Under the pieces are notes generated by a model. It saw only the letters and a program-made list of their open reading frames with translations, made no database searches and had not been told where the DNA came from. A DNA stretch of 64,000 bases from an uncultured Planctomycetia bacterium (GTDB lineage: Bacteria; Omnitrophota; Gorgyraeia; Tantalellales; Tantalellaceae). Location of the stretch: assembly GCA_964527765.1 (NCBI GenBank), contig CAZGQR010000002.1, positions 135,701 through 199,700 on the forward strand, written 5' to 3'. Each line of letters opens with the position of its first letter. The stretch's first letter is position 1. Positions 1 to 12,000 of the stretch are shown in pieces. The position numbers were made by a program, and so were the translations under genes.

Positions 1-3000
1 AAAGCCCTGGAGAAAGCGCTGGATATATATAAACCCTATCTTCTGGTCGCCTCTTATATGACGCGTTCCGTGATAGGCGGAATGATCAGGCATTACAAAA
101 CGTGCGTAACGATCGAGAACCGTTTCAGGGAAGGGGCTTTTGATAAGGCGCTTTCACAGATAGAAAAGCTGGAAACCGAGGGCGGCCTGAGCCCGGAAGT
201 CCTGTCTTTTATCGGGAAGAAAGCGGCGAGGATCGGAGACATCCAAAAGGAGATCACGTCGATAAAGGAAAGGTTCGAGTCCGGGGATCTTTCTCTGCGC
301 TCCGCCCGGAACCAGGCCAGGGACATGCAGAAAGAGTGTCCGGGATATCCGGACACAAAGGAATTATTCGAGTATTTTGAACAAAAGAGAATAGAAGTGG
401 CGGGATATTTGGACGGCGCCGGCAGCAGCATTGAACTGCGGCGACCGGATGAGGCTTTTTCATTGATCCGGAAGGCGATGGCGATCGACAAAGAGAACAA
501 AGCGATGGCCAGGCCCCTGGTAAGGATAGCGGAGCTGTACATTCAGGGTAAGGATTTCGACTCAGCGAGAAAGTGTATAGATATCCTGATAGATGTAGAA
601 GGATGGAGGGATGATCCGACAGCTGAAAAACTTATTGTTTTGATCTGGGAATTGTGCCGCTCCGGAAGATATGGGGATGCGATAGAGCTATCCGACCGGC
701 TTTTTGAGAAAAAAATAAGCAGATGGTATAAGACAAAACTAAGGAGAATAAAGTCGGTCGCCGGGGCCAGCACGATCCTGGATGATCTCGATATCCATCT
801 GGCGATGATCAGGAACGCCCTGGAAGCCGAGAAGGCCGAGGAAGCGATAGAGCAGAAGATCCTTAAGCAGTACCGTACGCGTCTCATCGAATATAAGAAG
901 ATCAGCCCCACCAAGACAGGTTTCAGGATAGACAGGTTCAAGCACCTGAAGCCGGAAGAGGTGCGGAAATTGTTCAAGATCGGGGATAGTTTTGAGGTAT
1001 TCGGCCCGCTTCCGGACGGGGATAAAAGCGAAAGTAACGGTCCTGTCGTGGATGTTTCCTTCCGGGTAACGGCGGTCGGGGAAAGGGGCTGGGTGGCGTT
1101 CGAGATGCCGCCGTCCGCTCTGGAAAAGAAAGAGGAATTCATCAGGGATATACCCAGAAGAGGTTTTATCAGGAAACAGCCCAATATCCCGTTCGAACTG
1201 CAGAAAAGCGTGCTGGATGACCTTAAATGGAAATTATGGGAATCATTAAGAGCCGTAGATTATGAGGCGATAGGGAAGAAGGCGTTTTTTGAGCCTACCA
1301 CGGGACATCCCATAATTGATATCGTCCTTGGGTTGAAGGAAGCCCCGAAAAGAAAGGGAAGCGTTTCCTATGGGGGAGAGGGCCCCTGGGATGAGTGGCA
1401 GAGGAAGGCCATTGCAAGCGCCACGGACCTTTCTATCCCGGTAACCATAATTCACGGCCCCGGCGGAACGGGAAAAACCACGGTCACCGTGGAAGCTACC
1501 AGACAGCTTTCCGGAGAGATAATCAGGCAATTTTCGAAGAAGAAGAGCAGGATCCTTATAACCTCCCAGTCCAACCCTGCGGTGGACAATATCTGGAAAA
1601 GGGCCGCGTCCAAGGGATTAAAATTCATCCGCCTGGCTTTCAAGAGCTCTTCCATAGATACCAAAGTGATGAGGAACTGGGAGAGAAGACAGAAACATCT
1701 GGAAGATGCCAGGAAGAGGTATTACGGGGAAGAAGGCGCAGGGCCGGTCTATATCGGCACCAACATGGGCTGGGCGAATGATCCGTATGTCCGCAATAGC
1801 GCTTTTTATCTTGAACCGGATGTGGTCATAATAGACGAGGGAGGCAGGTCCACTCCCGGCGAGACCCTTTACGCGATATCCAGGATCAAACCTGACGGTA
1901 AAGTGATCATAGTCGGGGACCATCTGCAGTTGAGGCCGCACGGTTTTACCAGGGAGGATGTGGTCCGGATAAAAAGCGCGCTTTCATATAAAGAGAGAGA
2001 ACTGGAAAGATTATACACAGAGGAAAATCTCAGCAAGGTCACGACGTCCCTCTTTGAGAAGCTCTGCCAGCGCAGGGATATAGACTATCATCTCCTCCCC
2101 GTGAACAGGCGCTCTCATCCCGCAATAACGGGGTTTGTCAACGCTTTCGGGTATCTGAGGCACGGCGTCAAACTTCTTCCGCGCGATTGGGATAAGGAGA
2201 AGAAGGAGCCCTGCGAGAAGGATATAGTCACCGTGATAGATTATGGTGACGGCAAGATCCATGAGAGACTGGAGAGGGACGGTCAGGACCGCGTGCTAAA
2301 TGGGCGTATATACAATACCAGAGAAGTGAACGAGGTGATCGCCGAGATAGACAGATTCCTCAATATGAAACACCGGGGCCGCCCCAGATATGGCCCTGCC
2401 GATATTACCATCATCACGCCTTACAAAGCCCAGATCAGAGCCATAACGGAAGCGCTGAAGATAAAGGCGATAGTGAACGATCTGGATGAAGGCGTGATCG
2501 CGGACAGGAAAGAAGCCGTCGCTGTATTATCCGACCTGCCCCTGAGGAAGATCTCAAAAAGGATGTTTCCCCATATTGTTCAGGACGTAAAGATCGCTTC
2601 CGGCATGATCGAAGAACTCATCGGGAAGTTGAAAAACAATACCCGCATTTCACCGAGGGAGATGAGGATATATGCCAGAATAATAAGGAACGCGGCTCTT
2701 TACAACATAAGAAAGAAACACGGCCCGCGCAGCGTCGGCTATAAGGACATAACGAGTATCAGGCGGGTAAAATTGACTGCCGAAGGCGTCGAAGATGAAG
2801 AAGAGGTCATGGAAGGGGATGAGGAGCTCGATGTAGCGACCATAGATTCCATACAGGGTTCGGAGAACAAGGTCATCATCTGGTCGCTTGTGAGGAGTAA
2901 CAGACAGAACGATATCGGCTTCCTGGGCGCTCATGACGGCCCGAACAGAAACCTTGTTGCCGCCGGGAGGGCGGAAGAATATCTGACCGTCATAGGCGAT

Positions 3001-6000
3001 ATAAGCCACACGCTCGCCTGGGCCGATTATGGTCTGGAAAAAACGAATTATTCGGACTTGAGAAAGGCAAGTATCCGCCAGACCGCCGCGGCGTTCAGAG
3101 ACGGCCTGGAGCATTGCCGGGCGAACAATACGATCATAAGGACAAGCACCGACAGGAGAACAGGCAGGAACTCCGAAAATGACAGGCCCCGCAGCCCCTT
3201 GGGCGGCGTGCACGAGGGGTTTCTCCAGCTCCCCATGAGGCTCTTTTTCCGGAGCGCGGCTTACTTATCGGGTGCTTTACTGGCCGGTTTAACTTCGCTG
3301 CTCTTTTCTCATTCGGCAAAAGACCCCGCACCTATAAAAAAAGATATAGGTGAAAAAGATACAGCCGGGTATGACAGGATCGAAAGCGACCCCGCCAAGA
3401 TCGACCCCGCCCGCCTTACTGAAGCGCTGAAAGAACACCTGGGCTTTTTGATGTTTCATGATAAGGACGCCCGGGCCCAGATTTCAAAGTATTTAGAAGA
3501 TAAGAAATGCCTGACGGCTGTTACAGAAGACGGGGAGGTTGCGGGGTGCCTGATCTTTACCGTCGATGAAGAGAAGCTGTCGGCGCGCCAAATGGACATA
3601 TACGTCAGATGCTACCAGGCGGATCGGGGCATCGGCAGGGCGCTCTGGGAAGAGGCGAAAGAATACTTTGCGCGGAAGGGCATAACCAAGGCGGAAGCCC
3701 TGTGCGACAGGCCCGTACAGAGGGATTTCTGGGAGCATATCAGGGAAAATTACGGCGGCCCGCTTGAAATGATCATCAGGGACAGGGATGAAGGCGCGGA
3801 ACGGTTTTACTCGGTTTATGCGTTCGCGCCGCTTGCGTTTCTGCCTTTTGTTACGGTGGTGCCGGGTCTGAGTATCCTTATACTGGCGAGCACTGCCGCA
3901 TTTGTCCTTCTTGCCACGCTTTCAAGCCGGGGGGATCTTCGTCGGTATGAAAAATCCCTGTTCCTTTCCTCGTTCGGCAACGCGCGCGGGTCCACCAACG
4001 ATACTGATAATATTGACATGGAAATGCTATACAAAGCCTCCAGGCCCATAACGATCAAGGATGTCGGCATACCCTGGGCGGTATTTCCGAAGACCGGGGT
4101 TATGAATAAGATCGAGTTCCGCAGCATACCCTGCAGTGTTCTGGATTCTTCGGCCGCCGTTTACCGGGACAGTAAAAGGGATAAATATGTGATATTTATC
4201 GCTTCGCTGCTTTTGCGCAAAAAACACAGATCGGACATAGCGCTGTATTTCGCTCTTATCGACATATTTCTGGTCCTGCATGACGGGATACTTGAAAGAT
4301 CGGGCGCCTTTGACCCGAAACGGACGAATATCCTGGCATCCCAGGGCGGATTTTACCGGGAGGTCGTTTGCGCCATGCTGAACGGCGGCATGGCTGAAGA
4401 ATTCAGGATAGCGGCCCGCTTGGAAACCGAATTAAGCGGCAGGGAAAAAGCGTCTTTCAGGGGCGAGGATGTCCTGAGCGAAGGGGACAGGGAACATTCG
4501 GACATGGAAAAGAGCGTCGCGGGCAGATCCATAATAAATTTCATCGAATGGATGAAGGAGCCGGAAGTCACGGTAGTGGATTTTTCCGGCGAGATCAAAA
4601 AGGCGGAGAAGGTGTACAGGCCCGCCAGGACGGACATGTCCGCCAGGAAGCATCAGAAGCGTATGGCTTTCTGGAGCGAACACAGACAGATGATAGGAAG
4701 GTTCATACGGGGAGAATACAGGGACGATCCGGACCGCGCGCGGATCCTGCGAAAACTGGACGGCGCGGAAAGTCTCGTTTTTATCAAAAGCGGCATAGTC
4801 CCGTTCTCCAGGACGAGAGTGCGCCCCCCGATAAAGAAAGGCGTGCGGAGTTTTGCCGGCAAGGAGAACTGGCTGCGCATCAGGACAAAGATAGAGAACG
4901 GCAGGCTGAGGATAGAGTATCTCCTGGCCGGTGATCCTTATTTCGCGCATGTAAGTGATAGTTATGAGGAGGGCAGCGAAACACCGCTTTCCTTAGGTAA
5001 AGAACTTATCGAGTGGATGACCGACAAAGAGCGCCCGATGCCGCAGTCGGTACTCTCTATCGAGGCCGATATAAAAGGCAGAGTCCACCTGGGCACGTTT
5101 GACGGTGAGAGCATGTACCTGGATCTCGGGAAGCGCTTCAAAGAGACCGAAGGCGGCCTTCGGAGGAAAGTATGGATAAAAGCCAAGGTCAGCCGCAGGG
5201 ACGCGAAAGAGCTGGCCGTGTACCTGCGTCCCGACGGTCCCGAGATCATGCGTTTCAGGCCGATATACAAGGATGCCTCCGGGAAAAAGCTGGACAGGCT
5301 CGAGAAAAGGAAGGACCTGATACTGGACATGTTCAGCAGGGACGCGCTGGTCCACTGGGCCGGAGGGGGCAAGGTGGACATGGACTCCGACATAGAGTTC
5401 ATCTGGCCGGTAGAAAAGATGAGGATAGTGAAACTCGGTGACGACATGGTCGCTTCCGCGGGAGTGGATTACGAAGGCGACGATATTCTGGTCAGGGGCA
5501 AGGTCAACGTTCCCGGCGAGAAAAGGATAGAGTTCTGCCGTCCGGACGGCAGGCAGGTCCCCGTGCAGGTCAGGTTTTATGACGAGGAGTCCGGAACTCT
5601 CCTGAACGAACTGAGCGAACTGCGAAGAAGATTCGCGAGCTGGGAGGCGGGAGAAGACGCGCCCAATCCCATGGTCATTTCCGGTATCTTCGGGAACGGT
5701 TTTGAGATCGCCGAGGATGTCTTTGTCAGGATACCGAAGGCGGAAAGGGTCAAAAGCGGAAGATACCTGGTGGTGTTCGCGCAGCCCGGGGAGTATAAAG
5801 GTATAAAATTATACGCCCTTAACGGGCAGAACGCCCCCCTTAAATTTATCAGCACCTACTATTTCCATAAGGGAAAAAGGATAAAAACGGGGTGGGATGA
5901 AGAGGCAGAGCTTCTGTCGGCAGAAGATGAGTCCGCCATCAAAGAGATTCTTTGCCGGTGCGGCTACATTGCTTTTTTAAGAGAATCAAGCTTTTCGGCA

Positions 6001-9000
6001 GATAAGCTGGCCAGGTACATTTTACAGACCCTCGGAAGGACGCCGTTAAATGGGGAGGACATCGTTAAAGTAACGGCAGTACATACTCATGCGGCCGGGA
6101 GGGCGATAGAAAAATGCCTCAGCGGGCTTGTCGGGAAAGGTAAGCTTCTCCGGACGGGTTCGGGAATGTACCTGCCGGTGGTCAGGCGAAAATGCGCGAA
6201 TATGGGTCATCATGCGCCCAAGATCTCCCTTGACGGAACGCACTACGCCTTCGGTATTTCTGCCGGAGTGTCGGATGATGCGACCGTGTTCCTGGCTGCC
6301 GAGGCGTCGAACGGGAAAAAATTCCCCATTGCGGTAGTCAAGGACGGAAAGCCCGTCCTATGGTACAGAGTGATTCGCAGAGCGGATGGCGGGGTCGCGT
6401 CCTGCGGCTTGAGATCTTGCCGGTCGGAGATCGAGCTGCTGGGCCGGAAGGGAACCTTCTTTTTTGAGAACTGGCGGGCGAACACGAAGCGCGGAAAGGG
6501 AAGGGGCGTCGCCGGCAGGATCGGGGACACCGTGATCAAGGGAAAACCCGGTGAATATTTCAGCGGGATAGTATCCGACGGAAAGATCGTCCGTCTCGAT
6601 GTATGGCGAAATCCCTGCCATCGCCCGTATAAAGTCGTTGCAAGGCCGCAGGGCGACAAGGGGGTACCGGTATATAAGGTCGATAAGGACTCCGAGGCGT
6701 ATAAACGGGAATATACCACGAAAGAGGACAAGATCAGGTTCTGGGAAAGGGAGCTCTATGACTTGAGCGGGGCAAAGCGCAGAAAGGCCATCCAGCAGCT
6801 GGAAAAGCTGGGAGCGAGGTTCGACGGGATAAGAGCGCTGACCCTCGTGGATTGCCTTAATTCCAACTACGGAGTATCCGAGGGCTGCCGGTTGTTCGTC
6901 AAAACGTTCGGCGTTATCGTTGACGCGTGCATAAAAAGCGCGTGGCGGGACGAGCGATCACGCAAAGAGTTGCTGGAGCTATTATATATCACGGATTCGA
7001 GTGTGATCCGGAAAGCTTTCCGCGGGATCGCTTCCCGGGACCCTTCCTTATACGCGGATATGCTGGGCGCTTACACGAAAAAGTATTCCGCCGACTATAA
7101 AAATCGACACGACGCATATCATCTCGCGTTGTTAGAGGCGCTTCGCGCGGACCTGAAAGCGAAGAGATTCGACAGGTTCCCGGACCGGGCGCTGGACGTG
7201 TTGCGGGAATGGTATGAGCATAAATTACGCAGCCCCGGAAAAACCCCGCACATAAGGGCGAGGACAAAAGAATACCTGAAAACGATCGAGAATTTCCGAA
7301 AAAAGAGCAGAAATTTCAGAAGAAAAAATAAGATCCGGCTTTACAGCATAGACCCCTTTACGGCCGGTCTGGCCGCGGCCGGGGTAAGCTCCCTGTTCGG
7401 GAGCATCGGCGTCAGCATACTCAGCCCTCTGGTATTAACGGTCGCAGCCATAATATTCTCGTTCAGCTGGTTTGCCGCCGGGGGCGAGGATGCGGGCAAG
7501 GGCAAGAAGGAGGACGCGAAAGCGAAAGGGCCGCAGAAAGATTCCCCGCTGGCCCACTTGCCCGACCTGCACAAGAGGTTTGCCGTCAAAAAGAAAATAG
7601 GCGTAGGGGGGATGGGGGTGGTATATCTGGTCTTTGACGTGAACCTCCGGCGCGAAGCCGCGCTTAAGATACTGTTTGACCAGAGCGAAAGAGCGCGGGA
7701 AAGGTTCCGGAGGGAGATCAAGCGCCTGCGCAGCCTCAGGCACCCGAACATAGTCAAGGTACTGGGTTCCAGTTCCGTGCGGAAGGATTACAAAGGCCCG
7801 TCCTATATCGTAATGGAATACGTGGAGGGCGAGTCCCTGATGAAGTTTTACAGAAAAAGAAAGTATAACAACGAGAAAGCGCTGCTGGAATTGATATCCG
7901 ATATTCTCCTGCCCGTCGCCAAAGGCATCAGGTACATACACGGCAAGAATATAATCCACAGGGACTTGAAGCCGGACAATATACTCATTTCAAAGACGGG
8001 CGTTCCCAAGATCGCCGATTTTGGCATAGCCAAGCTCGGCGCCGGAGCTACCAGGTCCGATGAACATTCACTGACAAAGACCGGCTATGTCGTGGGGTCC
8101 CCCAGTTACATGGCTCCGGAGACTTTCAGGAACATGATCGAGACATGGATACCCGATGATATTGAATCCCTGCTGCCTGATAAGAAGAGTCCGGGATACA
8201 AGGAATGGAAGAAGAGCCCGCGATATAAACCGTATGAATATTTGAAAGAGTTAAGAAGGTTGGTAAATAAAAGGCAGTTCAAAAAGATGTCGGTACAGGC
8301 GGATATATATTCCCTGGGGCTGATCTTCTGCGAGACCTGTACCGGTAAGCTGCCGTTCAAGTATGAAGGGGACGACGGGATAAAGAAGCTTAGATCGAAA
8401 GTCTTTGAACGTATCCCGCTCGATGAGATAGCTCCCAAACTGTATTCCGAGTTCCGGAAGCTGATAGAAGACATGCTGGATCTGGACCCCAATAAGCGCC
8501 CCACATCAAAACAGCTGGTCCGGAAACTGGAAAGGATCGAGAAGAAGCTCAAGAAGCGCCTGGAAGAGAAGAAAAAACCCGTGTTTAAGACCGTTCTTAA
8601 ATACGGCCTGATCGCCGCGGGCATCGGGGCGACGGCGCTGGTCACGCATCTTCTCTTTCCGGGACTGATCCGTTCCATACTGAACTGGCTGGGTATCGGT
8701 TTTATCCTGACGGCGGGAACCATGGTAAGCGTGACCGGTGACGGCGGCCCCGGGACAGAAACCGAGGAGCTGTCACGCTCAAGCGTCAAGGATCTTCTTG
8801 CCCTGGAAAATGAATTAAGTGATAGCAGCGCGGAAGTCCGCGCGGATGCGATAGCGAAACTGGGTCCTGTTTATACCGCGTTCATCGGTCAGGGCAGGGA
8901 TGTCAGGGACCGCGTTTTCAACCTGGAGCAGAAACTGGCCGATAATCATCCGGCTGTCCGCGAGGCCGCCGGGTCGGCGCTGAGATCCATCTACGCGGCA

Positions 9001-12000
9001 TTAGCCGCCGAAACAAAAAGCATCAGGCTTTATGAATCCAGGTTAAGAAGAAGAATGGGCGCGGATGTTCGGGAGGTATCTGTCCGCAGGGCTGCGGTAA
9101 CGGCACTGGGTCTTCTTTACGCGGCATTGATCGACCACGGGAGGAAAATCGATGTTTCGATGCTGGAACAGAGGTTAAAGGATCCCGATATGCAGGTTTC
9201 CGAAGCCGCGGCGAACGCGTTAAGCTCTGTCTATGTGGCTCAGATCAACGCCAAAGGGGATGTCGATATATCCGCATTGGAACAAAGACTGAATGCCGAT
9301 CGTCACCTCGTCCGCGAAAAGGCAATAAAAGCCCTGGGGCCGGTCTACAGGGCCTTGATCGAAAAAGGGAAGCAGGTCGATCTATCCGATCTAAAGAAAA
9401 TGCTGGGGAATGCCTGCTACTGGCAGGTCCGCAGGGCCGCAACAACGGCGCTGGGCCTTGTTTACGTTTCCCTGATCGAACAGGGAAGAAAGGAAGAGAT
9501 CGATCTACCGCTGTTGAGGGAGATGCTGAATGATATAGACCTGGGCATTCGCAGGGTCGCGGTCAGCGCGGTGGGGGAAGTTTATGCTGCCCTGATCAGG
9601 CAGGGAGAAAAGGTTGATTTTTCCGATATCGAGGAGAAATTGAACAGGTATGACGAAGAGCTCCGCAGGCGCGCGGCAGAACAGCTCTCCCTTATCCATG
9701 ACGCGCTGGAGGGAAGAGATAGGGAAACCGATCTATCCTCTCCGGAGGAAACAGGCCCCGCCGGTATCGCGGGGATAGAGTCCGGCATCATCCTGGATCA
9801 GGATTATGCAAAATACCTATTCTGGACAAGAGAGAAGCTTCCCTACCACGAAGCGGTCATAGATGAATATCTGGCGTCCTCCCAGCCTCAGATATTCATA
9901 AGTGATCTGAAGCGCCGGGCCGAACGGTGCGTCCGGAAAGGGTTTGATCCCGAGGACCGGAGACAGCTGTGGCTTGCCTTTGTCGGAGCGAAGCTGAACG
10001 GGATAGACATTACGCATCATGATTTTACTGAACGGGTTGAAAGATTGGTCGAATTCGATGAAAAACACCCCGGTTATTTTTCCGACCTTTTCGGCAAGAA
10101 CAAGAAACTTAAAGCGATAGAGATAGCTGCCGGCGAGACACACGTCGTGGACACAAGCGAAGTCGATCATGCGGTCCTGGATGCCCATCTGGAAGAACTG
10201 TCAAGTATAAAGGAAAGGGTGGACAGTTGCCGGTGGCTTTCGGAAGATTTCCCGAAGCATAAATACTTCAACCTGCGAAACCTGTATTACCAGTTAAAAC
10301 GCGAGCAGGCGAGACAGGCGGGAGAGTACACCGGCGGAAAGTTTTTCATAATATTACCTTCGGAAGACCGGATGAGGGAAGAGATCGCCGGGAACAGGAA
10401 ACTTTTCTACAGGATCGTTTTCAAGGCGGCGTATCTCCGTCTGGGCGATAGGGAAATATCGGGAAATTGTCTTGAGCTGATGCGGGACCTGGTAATAAGC
10501 GATATTCTGTCGGATGATGCCATGAAAGGACAGCTTCATTCCTCAGATCCCGAGACCAGGGTAACCGCGCTTAAGGTCTTCTATGAGGATTACAAGAACC
10601 ACCTGCCGGATGCCTCGGGAATAGGCATGGAAAAAGTCAGGGGCCTGCAAAAAGCGCTGGATGAACTGTCCGGGGAAATATACGCCGAAATGGCCAAGAT
10701 AAAGATCGTCCGCCGGAAAAGGCGCGAGACCTATCGCCTGATCCCGCAAGGATTTTTAAGCGTCTTTCGCGGGAGAGCCGGCATTATCGACTGCTCCTTT
10801 GACGCGGAATATCACGGTTCAGCTTTTACCCGGGCGATGCATGAGGATACGGGTTATTATTTTGTTTATAACAAAAAGCTGAAGGGATACGTGGGGCTGT
10901 GCGAAGGCCTGACGGAAAAAGGCGAAAAGGTCCTGACCGTAGATACCATTAATTCTCCCTCCCTGGACGGCGAGGAGATGCTGATCAATCTGTTCGTGGA
11001 ATTGGAAGAGGCGGCCAGAGAGCTGGGATGCAAGGGGATCGCCCTGCCGGAGAACATGGTCCGCTCCTTTAATTTTGATAACAAATACACCATTTCCGGC
11101 ATGGATGCGTACAGGAAAGCCAGGCCCATAAAGGTGGTTCCCGTGCATTCGAGCAGCTGGAAACGGCTTGCCGATACATTCGGGAAAGATTCATATAATT
11201 CTATGGAAAGCGGCAGGTTCAAGCTGCTTGATCTTGATTCCCTGCGCCCTCCCGCTCCGGTCAGCAAGAGCTATGAAGACGGCGACATCGGGATAGAACA
11301 GGTAGATGCCCGGGGCTGGCCGGAAATAAAAGACGACATAATGAAGGTGGAAGAAGAGTCCTTTACCGGTCCCCTGAGACAGACCGAGGAGGATATCTCG
11401 GAGACCTTTGAGGACCCTGATTCCATTTGCCTGGTCCTGAAGGATAAGGGCGCAATAGTCGGTTACATGATGGGAGGTCCCCTGGAGGACTATTATTACC
11501 TGGCCGGAATAGAGGAAGACCCCGGCTATGGCGAAGAAAATACCGTTTATATCGAGTCCATTGCCCTGTTGCGGCCATATCAAAGGTCGGGATTAGGCAA
11601 AAAACTCAGAAATAAATTCCTTGATATTGCTCAGCAGAGAGGGTACCGGCAGGTCAGCGGCCATATAAGAGAGGAAGTGGCCCGGAGCAGGGGGGATAAC
11701 ATACTGGGCGCATTCGGGGAATGGCAGGGGACGGACACCACTTTTTGTTATTACAGTAACCCCATCAGATCGAAAAAGGCGGAGAAAAAGCACGCGCTGC
11801 GCCTGATCTCGGAACTCGTCACCAGATCGCAGGATCATGACTGGGAAGCGGCCGACCGCGCGGGGGAACTTCCCGACTTGAAAGGCCTTTTGCTGGGGGC
11901 GACCGACGGGCACGGAAGGATCACGTTCCGGCCGGTCAGGAACTATCCGTTCGAATGGGCCATGCTCGGTTCCGAGGAAAAGGGGTGGGAGGCTGTTGTT

